Below, piece after piece: positions 28,552-51,250 of a stretch of 64,000 nucleotides of DNA. Numbering within the stretch: the first letter of the stretch is position 1; every line of letters starts with the position of its first letter. Location of the stretch: the NCBI RefSeq assembly GCF_009914755.1, contig NC_060928.1; one strand, 5' to 3'. The position numbers and the translations under genes were made by a program. Under the pieces are notes generated by a model. The model did not search any database, was not told where the DNA came from, and worked only from the letters and a program-made list of their open reading frames with translations. This DNA comes from the human T2T-CHM13v2.0 reference genome, Homo sapiens.

Positions 28552-31072
28552 AGAAATGCACACTTTCTAAATGAGTATTCCCTCCTCCATCTCACAGTTC
28601 CTTGCTAAATCTTCAAATAAATTTGCCTGAGAAGTTTAAACATTCATCATCCAACCCCTTGCTCTCTGTTTTTCACAAAGTCTCCCTTTTCTCCTGCCAC
28701 TAATATATTCCAGATAATAAATGACCCAAGACATGCTCATTTAGCTGGAACATGGTAGATGCTGACCTTAATTCAGTTCCGATATTTCACAATAATTACA
28801 ATCATTCCCTTTGGTCAGTGTAAGAATTCTTTAAAGTATAAGAACATTTAGCTCCCAAATACTGACTGCCCTTTTATGCCTAAATAAATGGTTGTCAACT
28901 ACGTTTTCTTTCTTAGTGAGAGTTAAAATTTTATAAGACAGATGGTCTCATTAGCCTGAGATACTTGAAGATATCTACCCTTTTCCTAATTAACTGGCCA
29001 TTCATCATTCTTAAAGCAATATCATAATAGAGATGGCCAAGATATTCCACATGCAAACTCCCTGTATGAGTTACTGCTAATCAGTTTTTACATACGATAC
29101 TGAAGAATGGGGTTCTCAGAGATTATATTTGTTCAAAAGGAGACAAATAAACAATTGGTACTAGCATTATTCCATTTAAAGATTATCACTCATTTCTTAT
29201 TCTTTTATTTAAGCAGATAATATGGAATAAATCCCAGAGTTTCACTAAAAGAGGTAGACAAAATATTGTACAAAGATATCCAAAGTGCAATTGTGACTTT
29301 ATGACCTTAGAGGAAGCCTACCTTGTAGACTTTCAGGGAACTGAGACCATTGGTTTCTCTATCAAGGTCTCCATTAAAAGGCAGACAGACTGGCTCTCGG
29401 AAAAGCTCCTCTGTTATTTTGATTTCTTTATGTTACTGCCTCCTGCATAGAAAACTCGCTCCCTCTTTTGACTGTGAGAATTATGTCTTTGAATGCTAAA
29501 CAGGTATCATCTGTAGAATTTGAATATCCTGGAACAATTTCTTTAATAGGTACCCTCATGGGGCAGGAGGTAAAAAAAAAAAAAAAAAAAGCAAAGGAAA
29601 AATGATGGTATATAAAAAATGATCCTCTTCAGAGGGAATCAAGTTCAGATATAACCTTGAACATAAAAATATGAGTTCATTCAAATTAACAGCACTTTCC
29701 ACTGTTGCGTTTTTAGTATGCTAATATCCGTCCAAATCACTTTATGAAAAACAAAGGAGCATTTCCACTTAGATAAGTCAAATCTGCTGTGTTTGTAGAA
29801 CTTCCAGATAGTTAATTATATCTAGATTTAGCTATGCTCTTTTAAATATTGTATGCACAATAACATGAAATTAGCAGAAAGTGACTAATCCATCCAGCCA
29901 ATTAAGTCTACCCAGATGCTGCACTTTTGCATCTGAAGTTACTTTGGAAAAAAACTGGGACAGAAATATTAAACTAGGGAATAATATTTTGTTGAATATT
30001 ACGTATGGGATAAAATCCATGTTAGATTACTCAAACCCAAACCATTTATATCAGTATAATATCCAGTCAGACAAAAGATTGTTTTGTCTAAAGTATCTAT
30101 TGTTTTGCACTTAAGTGTGGTCATATGTAAAATCTTTATTTGAGCTTTTGAAACAATAATAAGAAATAACCGTTTGTTTCAGCAAATTACAGACTCCATT
30201 CTATTATCTGTGCACATACTTCAACATTTCTACTTCCTAATAGGATCAGTATCCTCTCAGCAGGCCAAACTATGCCTGACATAGCAATTGAAGTTAAAAT
30301 TTACTTTGATAATTACAATCCTTATTTTATTTCATATGAATACACATATGCAAAAAAAGGAAATGATCCTTTCAAATAGCTTACAGTCAAGAAAACATGA
30401 CCCTGTCACTGACTGGCAAGTGTACCCGCAGAGACTGCACCCAATTTCAGAATCTTGCAGCAGTGTTGTTAACTAGATCCATGCCTTTCGCATGGCTATG
30501 AGCTTTAATGGGCAAGGAGCATATAGGACTCAAGAATAAAGAGCACTAGATTTCCCAGAGGAAAACATAATTCTAATAGTTACTGAAGAAAGAAAAAGAT
30601 GAAATATGGAGAAAGCAAGTTATGCAGAAGGCAAGAACAGAGTGTTCAACTTTGAAATAATAGAGAATAAACTATCACAGCAGGTTATGGAAATGAAATC
30701 TAACTTGAAGTTGACTGTCAAATACTTATCAGCTAATCAGTCTGAAATGTAAGTTGTTAACAAGTTCACATTCAATGTTTTACTACTTTCATAGTTTCCT
30801 ATCATTTATATTATAAATTTGGTGTACCTATTTCTGGTACTATTAGTGCTAATACAAATTATGGACCCAAAAGAATTTTAGAAAGTGACATTCTTAAACA
30901 GAGTTAGATGAAATGGAGAAGATGGATAATAAAAATAGCATGTTTTCTAAAACGGCTACAAACCAGGAAATATTTTTCTATTATTTTGAGGATAAAGAAT
31001 ATACTGTGATGATTATGTCTCTAAAATTAAAGCTTGTATCAATTTCATTGCAAAAGTGTTGAATAAGATTCA

Positions 31073-31371
31073 TTGTTGTTGTTGTTTTCTCTGAAACAGT
31101 CTCGCTCTATCGCCCAGGCTGGAGTGCAGTACAGTGCGATCTCAGCACACTGCAGTTCCTGCCTCCAGGGTTTAAGGTATTCTCTTGCCTCAGCCTCCAG
31201 AGGCACTGGGACTACAAGTACACCACCACCCTGGGATAATTTTTGTATTTTTAGTAGAGATGGGGTTTCGCCATGTTGGCCAGGCTGTTCTCAAACGCCT
31301 AACCTCAAGTGATCTGCCAGCCTCAGCCTCCCAATGTGCTGGGATTACAGGCTTGAGCCATCCTTACTGGA
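31073..31371 (-). mobile_element. Diverged Alu (S/J)
   Basis: Full dimer on the minus strand. Confidence 0.9.
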
Positions 31372-31779
31372 TGAGATTTCTTTTAAATGCTACATTTTTT
31401 GAGCAAAAGGCAAGGAGGTTAGGGAGGGGAGAACAGGGAAGACAGGCAGACAGACAAGCAGGCATTTCTTATTTTCTGAACAGGTTCCTCATTATTTTCA
31501 AGTAATGTCTATTTGTGACTACTCATTTTCATTATTTTATTTATATTTTAGTAAGCAATGCATTTATATCTAAACATCTAATAAACATTCTACTCATTTG
31601 ATACATTTTACAATTATTTAACCATATTTCTTCAAATTTAATGTGTGTAATGCAAATTGTTTTCTCTTTCTGATCAAAAACTACACAGTCATTGTGGAAA
31701 TTTTGAAAAAAATATCTGGTACTATGAAGAAAAAAATCACCTTTAATGTTATACCCAGTTAAGCAGAGAATATAACAAA

Positions 31780-35109
<3,330 letters not shown>

Positions 35110-35129
35110 CACAAATGATATTTTTAAGA

Positions 35130-37170
35130 AGCAAACAATCTAACAGGAAGGAATTGAGCAGATTTTTCAGAAATGAAGGTATTCAAGTGGCCAATAATTA
35201 CATTAAAAAGTACACAATATCATCCACAATAATGAAAGAAAGGCAAATTAAGCCCACGAGATATCACTACATGCCCATACAAATGAGTTAAAATCTGAAA
35301 ACAATAAATGCTAGTGCATGGAGCAACTGGGACTCTTGTATATTGCAGGGATTATAAAAATTTCCAAATGCTTTGGAAAACCATTTGGTAGTGTCGAAAT
35401 AATAACATTACGATACAACTACTATGTGATTTAGCAATTTCACTGCTCCATATTTCCAAAGCAAATATAAAAACTAGGTCCACCAAAAAAAAAACTGGCA
35501 AAGGAATACTTATGTTTAAACTGTCCAAAATCTTCATAAATCTGGAGAATAAGTAGAAAATTTTCATGTATTCATAAAATGGAATATATTTCAGCAATAA
35601 GAATCCTGAGGTACATAACAAGACAGGTGAATCTCAAAAGATTTTTAAAAGGACAGGTAAAACTAATATATAGCAACAGAAATTCAGCAGTGGTTGGCTC
35701 TGGCTGGTGGGCCTTGACTGTAAGTGGATAATAGGAACTTTGTGGGATAATGAAAATATTTATGTTGATTGGGATGGTAGCTATACATATGAATGCACTT
35801 TTCTATTCACGAAACCATGCCCTTAACATCTGTGCACTTAGATCACCTAACAGTATTTTAACTCTATTGAAAAATATGCAAGTACTGTGTAAAGAAAATA
35901 TACGTAATTTTAGGTCTTGGGTGAATAAAAGACATAACAGGGACAGGTATACCAAACTTCATAAAGATAGCAATTATCCATAATTTAATTTATAAAGTTT
36001 ACAAAACTACAATAGTCTAGCGCGACTACATATTTGATAGCACAGTATAACCCATTAATCATCAAAAAAATGCGATATCAGTGATATAAGAGTCAGACAA
36101 TGGCATAATAGAAAATCTCAAAATAGGCACAAATATGTGAAAACTTAGCATACAATAATCTTGCCATTTAAAATGAATGAGGGAAATAGACTTTTCAATA
36201 AATAATGGTGCAGTAACTGGTTAACCACCTGGAAAATAAATGTATATTTATATTTCATAAATTTTACCAGAATCAATCTCTGTTTACAGATTTAATGTAA
36301 CCTATGAAAATATAAAAACACTAGAAGAAATCATGACACGTTCCTTAACCTAAAATTACGAAAGGCTTTTCTAAAAATAACATCAAATCTATAATAGAAA
36401 AGATCGATACATTTAAGTACAAATATATGTTCCATTTAAACATAATTTTTTTAAAAATCAAAAGACAAATGGAAAATGAAGATGGGATAAGGAAATAATT
36501 ATTTGAAAAACACATGGTTCACAAATAAGCAAATACATATAGGCTTTTATACATTTAAAAATTATCTCATAATAAGGTAAGCTTAAATTAAAACTACATT
36601 GAGGCTGGGTGTGGTGGCTCATGCCTGTAATCCCAGCACTTTGGGAGGCCGAGGTGGGCGACTCACTTCAGGTCAGGAGTTCGAGACCATCCTGGCCAAT
36701 ATAATAAAACTCCATCTCTACTAAAAATACAAAAAAAAAAAAAAAAATTAGCCAGCTGTGGTGGTTCATGCCTGTAGTCCCAGCTGCTCGCAAGGCTACA
36801 GCACTAGAATCTCTTGAACCCAGGAGGCAGAGGTTGCGGTGAGCGGAGATCATGCCACTCTACTCCAGCCTGGGCGACAGAGTAAGACTCCATCTCAAAC
36901 AAACAAACAAATAAACAAACTACATTGATATATCAGTTTTCAATTAGTATATTTGGAAAGATTCTCAAATTTGATTGCACATCAACAGAGATGTTTGTAA
37001 AAGGCATTTTTATATCTGACTAGAAAAGATATAAATTGATATAATCTGTATCAAAGGCAATATAGCAACATTTACCAAAATTGTGGAAGCAATTAACTTT
37101 TGACTTGGCAATATCAATTCTAAGAATTATCTTAAAGATGTAACACTTATGTAATGTTGCATACGTACAT
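35130..37170 (+). mobile_element. Old L1M(E)-type fragments
   Basis: 'agatatcactacatgccca', 'tttggaaaaccatttggtag', 'cttttcaataaataatggtgcagtaactgg', 'caatatcaattctaagaattatc'. Confidence 0.65.
36603..36920 (+). mobile_element. AluS
   Basis: Full dimer, expanded A linker; TSD aaactacattga. Confidence 0.93.
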
Positions 37171-38874
37171 GTTATACTTGGGTCCCAGTGTGACATTCTT
37201 CCAAAATACTTATTTTTGTTCTGCCCCTCAACTTTTGTTCTGCCCCTCAATCTAAGACTGTACAGAGGAGAAGCCAGCTCAGAAGAGATACAATTAACCT
37301 GTCCTCTTTCTTCAGTCTATTTTGAAACAAAATGAAAAATTATTTTCAGTACGCTCAATAAGAGAATCATGCTTACCTTGTATTCACCCACTGGGAAATA
37401 AAAGCAAATATATTTTTAAAATAATAATATCTATCTATCTACTTATCTATCCATGTATCTTTCACTTTCATATTACGCTCTTACAGATACGATGCTTTAG
37501 AGTTGCTATATGTCTTTAATTACACAATTTGAGATATTTAAAAAAATAAGCCTCTGAATAATACTATAATATCTATAGCATGAATGAGTAAGCTGAGTTA
37601 GAAAGTTGAAATGAGTTACCTATAGATGTATAACTAACTAAGTTGACGACTTTGGAATTAAAGTATGTTTTATGACTCCAAGTCAGGAGATACTTCTACA
37701 CAAATTTCATGACAATGATCTCAAATCCATTTCAGGCTGAATTATCTCAGTTACCTATATCTTAATTGTTTACTTAAAAATACTGACAATATATGTATGT
37801 ACATATGTTTTTTTCCTCAAAACTCTTTTCTCGAAGATTTCAAGATAAAAGTATGAAGCTGACATCTTCAGGGCACTAATCAAATAAACAAAGATTGTAA
37901 TTTGCCAAGTCTTATAGTATGGCCTAATTTTACTAAAACAAACAAAAAACAAGAACAGTGACCAGTTTTCTAATTTTAGATCCAATCTAAATGCAATAAC
38001 CTGATCAACAATAGTAGTATCAATCTTCTCTTTTCTTTGTCTTCAAAAGGGTGTATCATTTTGATAAGCAAATGATATAAACCAACTTTTTCATTAGCTA
38101 CAGTATTTGTTTTGATCCTCTTTCAAATGAGGAAACATACCTATATGTAGCCAAAAATAACAGATTGCTCTTATACAGGAAAAGCAATTGATGGTTGTTT
38201 TTTAACCTTTTCTGATAATTCTCTATGACCAAAGATGTTAAAATAGAGACTTTATAAAACAGGAAATTTCATCAAATTTTCTGGTTGTTAGATATCAATA
38301 ACTTCATTTTATATAAATTAACAATTTGAAATGTGTGTCTCTTCTAGAGTCTACCATATATAGTCAAGTACTCCCAAAAAGAAAGTGGTGATAAAATTGT
38401 TTGATTACTAATGTCTGTATTGTTTAATTAGCAGGTGATTAAACAATGTGTAGGGAAAACGTCATTGAATAGACTGGCATCTGAATGCAAAGAAGCAATT
38501 ACATGAGCTTACTACTCAAGTCCTTACTATAGAGAAAATGCTTTTGTTTGTTTAAATTTCTCTGAAGGATGAATATGACTGACAACTCTGTTTTTGAAGT
38601 TATAAGTCCTTTTTCGTTTCTCATCGGAGATGCATTCCATAGTAACATACTGGCATTCATCAATCCTATGTTTTAAAGATTTCCTTTGTGCCTCTAAGAG
38701 TTTGGTGGTGCAGAGGGTAATTGCAACTGAAGAGACAGGCAATGCAGTAAAATAATAAGAGGCCTAAAAATTTAGGTATAATTTTCAGTCTCAGGATCTC
38801 ACCTGAAAGCACCACTGTACCTTTTATTGTCAATATTAGCCATTTTATTTTCTGCAGTTTCTATGAACTCCTTA

Positions 38875-39660
<786 letters not shown>

Positions 39661-39680
39661 TTCTAAACTTTGATTACTAT

Positions 39681-40508
39681 TGTAAATGAGAAATAAAATT
39701 CTAAGTCCCTCAAGTGACTGAATGGACCTTCCTTCTGGCCAAGGGGGTCCCAAAGAAACCTGAGAAACTACTTTAGGCCATGATGAGAAGTGTCAGCCCA
39801 GGCATGCCTCATTGTACCCTCTCTTTGGAGTTTAGGCACAACTGACAAGCATTAACATTAAAATAGAAATAAGACTCACAAAACAGATTCTTTGTGGCAA
39901 TGATACCCACCTTCAACCTGACCCTGGTATAGCATAACATGGTCTGAAGGAAATCAAAGTACTTTACCCCAAAATATATTTTCTTTGACATATTTTGAAG
40001 TGGGCCTGCAAAGCTGTGTCTTGTGGGGGAAACTTGTATTCTGTAAAGAAATTCCTTCCCTTACTAGGTCTTTTCCAGAGAGTCTGTCACCTTGTAAGGT
40101 CCAATAAGAGAAAATTACCATCTATTCTCTCTGAAGCCTATTACTTAAAGGTTTCATGTATATAACAAGAACCTTGGCTTCCACAACCCCCTTATCTTAA
40201 CTCAATCATTTCTTTCTGCTGACTTCAACTCTTCAGGAAAAGCTTAACTCTTTCAATGGCCAATCAGGAATTCTTTGAATCCTCCTTTCCGGGACAAACA
40301 AATGTATACCTTACATGTATTGATTTATGTCTTTGCCTGTAACTTCTCTTCCCCTAAAATGTGTAAAGCCAAAAGCTGTAACCCAACCACCTTGGCCACA
40401 TGTTCTCAGGACCTTGTGAGGCTGTGTCACAGACTATGGTCACTCAAATTTGAGGCTCAGAATAAATATCTTCGAATATTTTACAGAGTTTGGTTTTATT
40501 CATCAACA
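39681..40508 (+). mobile_element. Solo ERV1 LTR, MER4-group (MER4D-like)
   Basis: 'tgtaaatgagaaataaaattctaag...gctcagaataaatatcttc...catcaaca'; TG...CA termini with perfect 4-bp TSD CTAT. Confidence 0.85.
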
Positions 40509-41621
40509 CTATTTCCCAATTCCAAGGTATAAAGTGATTGAGAATCATGAATTTAACAGCTTTAGAGTATCCTTGAATCCATACAGGGAAAAAAATAATA
40601 TCATGCATTGCCCTCTGAAAGCTGAGCAGAGCCCACTTAATGCTCTGGTTAAATAAAGCCAAGGGTTCAGTTTCCAAAAACAAAATAAGTTATATTGCTA
40701 AAAAAAGAAACCACTTTTGTTTGAGAAGCTTTATAAACAATATTTTGCAAACATTTCCTCTCTATTGGGGCAGACAATTGAATGTCTATTTGCTGAAGTT
40801 AAAGCAATCTGAAATTCAATTTGTTGGCTATGGAGCTACTTTAGGACCAAGTAAGCAAATACCTTTAGGCTAGGATAAAGATTTATTTCAGTGTGCATCC
40901 AGCCAACTCATTTTCTTACTCTTGGCACAATGCAGTTTTAGATTAATTTTCTGAGAATAACTGGGATGTAAAAATTAATTTATGCAGTTCTTGAATTGAC
41001 TGTGTCAATCTGAAAATAAATGGCCTACTTTTCTTTGTTAAAATCTTTACAAATCTATACAATAGAAGGCATTCATTGGTTACTGGGTAGGTGACAAATC
41101 CCTTGGGAAATTTAGAAAAATCTTAGAGAGACAAAAAAAAATGTGACTTTTCAAAATAAGTAATGAAGTTTTAAACATTCAAAAGAGATAAATTTGATTG
41201 TTATTTTAAAGCCGGGAGTGACAAAGTCTTATCAATTTTTCAGCTTTGTTTAGGTTTTCATTAGAAATAAACAACTTTTATTTTAAATAAAAAATTAAAC
41301 TGAGACATTAAAACTTTATTCCATGATAGATTTTAGTATTTTATTCCAGTATTTGTTGTCTTGCTTGTTTAATGTGGCCACTTGGAATCTGCTAACAAGA
41401 GAGGTCAGAAGAGAAGATCAATATTACTGGGATACATGGAAAAATGAAATCAAGCTAAAATAGGGATATTACTGCATGAAAGCCTTAGAGTAGAAACAAG
41501 GAGAAAAAGAAGGAGAAAGCAAGGCAAAATCAGCAAGAATGATTCAAATTGGACCTCTAGGTTTCTGCTCTGTGAGAATTGTTCTATCAGAAGTATGTAG
41601 GGAAGGAAGAGATATTGCACT

Positions 41622-42339
41622 TGTTAGAGTAGGTAGCTAGGCAGAGATGGGCAGGGTAGGAGACCCCCTCTCCCCTCAAGGAATGTCATGAGACCCTCAG
41701 GTGATGGTCCGGTGGTTATTAAACGGTCTCTCTGAAACGATATTTCGTTGCAGTTGGTGCCTGGGGAAGACAGTCTGCCAAAACAGAGAAAACACCTGAA
41801 GCTGATGATCAGCTGTTTCCCAATAAGAACTCAGGAGTTAGGTGAGCCGGCTCAAGCATGTGCATTCAGAGGCAAAATGGCAGAGTTTAACCTGCGTATG
41901 ACCTTCCTCTGGAAACGCTTGACTCGTAAGGGAAAAATGCTCAAGTGAGCATGTGCACAAGTTCAGTAAACACACTGCACATGTGGCCCCTCCTAAGTGC
42001 GGGTAGGCTACTATGCATGTGGACAGCTCACCCCAAGGGAAGAATCAAGGGAGGAGAAAAGCAAACCCTGCAACCTTGCCAATGTATCAAACCCCAAGTC
42101 CAGTGCTGAATGGTGTTCTTGGATCTCTCCAATGGTCTGCTTGGCCCTCTTCCAAGTGTACTTTGCTGCCTTTCATTCCTGCTTTAAAACATTTTAACAA
42201 AGTATCACTCCTGCTCTAAAACTTGCCTTGGCCTCTCCCTCTGCCTTAAACCTACTTCTGCCCCTCGGCTTAATTCTTTCCTCCAAGGAGACAAGGATCC
42301 AGTGTGCTTCAGACCCTTGTGGATTCGCTGCTGGTAACA
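41622..42339 (+). mobile_element. Solo ERV1 LTR, MER50-like
   Basis: 'tgttagagtaggtagctaggcagagatgggcagggtaggag...gctgctggtaaca'; TSD-like cact/tact; homologous to the reverse complement of 8502-9197. Confidence 0.85.
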
Positions 42340-42749
42340 TACTGAGTGGTGACCTGGAGACAAGGTTGAGTATAATAAGAAACATACCAGGCAAAGTTGA
42401 AGGCTTCCAACCAGCTATAGCAATCTTGGTCCAGTTGCTAAAATTCTGAGCCTCAATGGCCCATTTTGTAAAATGAATTTAAAAATGGCCATCCAGAGAA
42501 TGCCACTAATAATGTTATTAATGTTGAACTAGAAAGTAGAAAAGCCGCCAGCAAATGTCATCTACTCTTGTTAATGTCATCAGTAATTACACCCCTCCAT
42601 TGCTTTTCCCTCTCTGTTGGTGGAAGGCTTCTTTCACTTCCTTTGCTTTCTATGTATCAGTTTGTCCCTCTCACACAGGTGATGATATAAACGTTGGAGG
42701 ATTTTTATCTTTACTCCACATTTGCTACCCATACTTAGTTTTTCTAAAA

Positions 42750-42905
42750 CTATTGGCAACAAAATCACCTGCAGGCTTGCTTTAAATGGGGATTTATGTG
42801 CCCATTCCAAAATGACTGAATCTAAATCTCTGGGTGAGACTTAGAAAGATTCTTGCTTTCATAACAAATCCTCAGGTGATTTTTTAACTGCAGTTTGAAA
42901 ATCAC
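42750..42905. mobile_element. MER5A-like hAT MITE
   Basis: 'aaatcacctgcaggcttgc...actgaatctaaatctctggg...taacaaatcctcaggtgat...agtttgaaaatcac'. Confidence 0.65.
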
Positions 42906-44189
42906 AGAGAGAGTTGTTTGGAAATGACTCTTTGTCTGTGATCACGTATCTCTTCTCCACTCTAAAATAGCATTTGCAATGTATTACCTTTTTACCAGCA
43001 CAGAGAGTCCTCTGCAGGTTTTATAACTCTCCTGAGGAGTCTAGCTCCTGGCCAAAATAATGATGTGAAATTTTTCAGGCCTGACTATAGGCAATTACAA
43101 AGGCTTTACCTGGCAGGCTTCACTGGGAAAAGCTGCCCTTTACACACCAGACTTGGTGTAAGACCAAGTCCATTGCAATCTCTGGAGGGAGTTGTAGTCA
43201 AGGACTCAGGTCCTCCAGGCCAACCAAACTCTTCTGCATATCTGCGTTTCTAGCCCAGGCGTCTCTGTATTTCGGGCCTTCCATAAAGGCCTTTCTTTTT
43301 GTCAAAATCTTCTTACAGGAAAGATGAAAGAAACTTGAAGACCCTTTCTTTGCTGTGGCTCAGTACTCAGCACTATTCCATGACTCGCTCTTTCCCCTCT
43401 CTCTCCCCTCTCCACATACCCTCTGTAAAACACCAGGACAGCAGGAAACTTTTGTTTGAGGCTCCCTAAGCAAGGAAATGACCCACATTTTGGTGTCGAT
43501 GTACCTGACCCCTAATCATGGGGAAATGGAGCAACCTGAGAGTGGGAGCCAGAAGTCAGAGCTTGCTCTGATTTAGTTATACGATCTCGGTCAGTGATTT
43601 AAAGCTTCACTGGCACTCTGATTTTCTGCTTGTTGTTTTTAATGTGCAACTCTGACACCTGGCTACTCAGCTCTCTCTCCAGCTCAGCTGAGCTCCTCCT
43701 GCCCATGTTCCCACACTGTTGCAACTCTTCCCAAATCTGTAATTTAGTATTATGGAGCATCTGGAGGGAAACAAAAGAAAAAAAAAACATTTTTTCAAAA
43801 AATTAGTCCTGGAGGAACCCAGCTGTCTTCATTCCCTCCTTAGTCTACTCTGGGCTGCAACAGGTGTAGGAAAATGATGCTACCATCCAGACCTTTGCAG
43901 CTACAATTTGACAAAGACCAACCTCACGTGACCTCTCAACATTGCCAGCAATCCTGCTCCTTCTTCCTTAGCCCTGCTGGTTCACCCTCTGCTCATCCCC
44001 TGATTTACGTTTTCCACCATATCTAACTTCTGAGCCCTCTGTTTCCCTGTGGGTGCAAGGAAATTCTTCTATTCAGATCGGGAAAAAGATAACAGGGACG
44101 ATATTACAAAAACTTCCTCAGTTCCCTGTCCTTCCTCCTTCTCTCCTTTGCAATAAAATCCCCCTTCTCTTTTCAAAGTCCAATGTCTT

Positions 44190-44502
44190 GTTTTTTGTTT
44201 GTTTGTTTGTTTGTTTGTTTTTGAGACAGAGTCTCGCTTTGTCACCCAGGCTGGAGTGCAGTGGGGGGATCTCGGCTCACAGCAACCTCCACCTCCTGGG
44301 TTCAAGCGATTCTCCTGCCTCAGGCACCTGAGTAGCTGGGACTACAGGCGCCCACCATCATGCTCAGCTAATTTTTGTATTTTTAATGGAGATGGGGTTT
44401 CACCATATTGGTCAGGCTGGTCTTGAACTCCTGATCTTGTGATCCGCCCACCTCGGCGTTCCAAAGTGCTGGGATTACAGGTGTGAGCCACCACACCTGG
44501 CC
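44190..44502 (-). mobile_element. AluS with (TTTG)n tail
   Basis: Full dimer; TSD caaagtc(c/t)aatgtctt. Confidence 0.95.
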
Positions 44503-44739
44503 CAAAGTCTAATGTCTTTTATCTGTGCTCCACCCATTACTTCCCACCTCCTAAAGAACCTTATTACATTGATCTTTCTCTCTCTGTGTTGACAACCCTC
44601 TTGCACTCTGCTCACTGCTTTACATTAATGTTTAAACATCCTCAAATTTCTTCCACCTTATAAGAAAAATAAACAAATAACCCCACATCTTCCCCTTACT
44701 AGTTACTTCTTTCAAATATCAGGACATTCTAGCCCATAG

Positions 44740-45220
44740 ATAGCTCTACTTTCTTAGTATTTAGTATTTGAAATGTAGCTGATGCAAATGAGGAACTGAT
44801 ATTTTCATATTATTTAATTTTGATTAATTTAAATTTAAATAAAGATAAGTGGCTATCAGCTATTGTATCAGACAAGCAGACCCAGATAAACAAACACTGA
44901 GACTTACATTTCAAAGCTTATCATGCCACATAACTGACAACGATAATGTCCCAATATAAATAAACTTAAACATTTTAAGACCTTACTTGTGATCTTATAT
45001 AAGAAAATTCATGTCTACATTTTATAATTTCTCCATTTCCAACAGATTAATCTTCTCTTTGAGTAGTAATGACTGTTCCAGCTAGGCTATTCCACAGAGA
45101 TGCTTAAATGTGTTTATTTAAATAAAATTTTATTGTTAGATATAGTGTTATGATAAAATGACTACATATTACAAAATATTTCCATTACTGCAGAAAGTTC
45201 TAATGGACATTACTGTGAAC
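44740..45220. mobile_element. MER3/MER33-like hAT-Charlie MITE fragments
   Basis: 'ttgaaatgtagctgatgcaaatgaggaactga...aatttaaatttaaata...gtggcta' and the terminus 'ttccattactgcagaaagttctaatggaca'. Confidence 0.55.
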
Positions 45221-45649
45221 AATGTACTTTTCTTTTGTCAACAATAATGCCACTTGGACATTTTTAGGATGGTGAATTTGTGCATGACAAAAAAGTCATT
45301 TTTATTATATTTCAAATGTGTATTATATTTATGGCCATATTAGATTTTGTATTTGTATTAACTTTTAGCAGTTTCACCATTGATCTAATACTGGCCACAA
45401 GTGAAACAGAAATGTTACTCTTAGATACACATTAAAATAAATTGTTAAAACTTCGTAGTAATTCCAGTGAAGCATTCCAACACAATTTCTAATTGGAACA
45501 CTTTTTACCTGTTTACTCACAGAATCTATAGTTCCTCTAGAAACGATAACTGAGTTCTACAAATCTGCTTTTTTCACCATTACTGCATTCTATACCTGTT
45601 CTAAATGTTATATCTACAGTAACTTTTTTTATATTAAGCATATCAGTCA

Positions 45650-46024
<375 letters not shown>

Positions 46025-46479
46025 TTAATTTAAATTTTTTCCTGAAAATATTTTTTTCTCTTTGTGTAGACAACAGCAAGAATCAGCAGCTTATATAATC
46101 ATCCATTGCATTTCAGATAACAATTATTGCCTCTGTCTTTATTTCAGGTCACCACAAATAGGTAGTTCTGCATCTTTCTAATCAAGTGTGCAAGGAGAAA
46201 CACAGCTGAAACTTAACAGGTAGGCGTATATTTTAAAAACCTCTTCATGAGGCTTCTGCCCATTCCCTAATGCTGTTTCACACCCACACCTTAATAGAGT
46301 TTCTGCTCACTGTTCATATTATACCAAGAAAATTAGCAAGTTAATGTAGAACACTGAAATAAGTATTTACTAGTCATTAACCTTCTAGAATATTGAAGCA
46401 TGGTAGACTGTACTTTACATATGTTATCCCAATTTATCCTCAAAATGCCATGTAATAATTTAAAGGCAATCATTAAGGG

Positions 46480-46678
46480 AAACATATTGCAGTTAACTGG
46501 GAGCTAAACCGCCTGGATTCAAATCCTGGCTCCCACAATTCTTAGTCATATCCACTTGGACAAATTACCTAAGTTCTCTGTGCATTCCTCACCTGTAAAA
46601 TATGAAAAATGATGGAATCTACCTCAAAGGGTCCTTATAAAAATTATGTGAGTTTATATTTGTAAAGAATGTAGCACA
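46480..46678 (+). mobile_element. MIR
   Basis: 'gcctggattcaaatcctggctcc...ttggacaaattaccta...tctctgtgc...ttcctcacctgtaaaat'. Confidence 0.8.
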
Positions 46679-51250
<4,572 letters not shown>

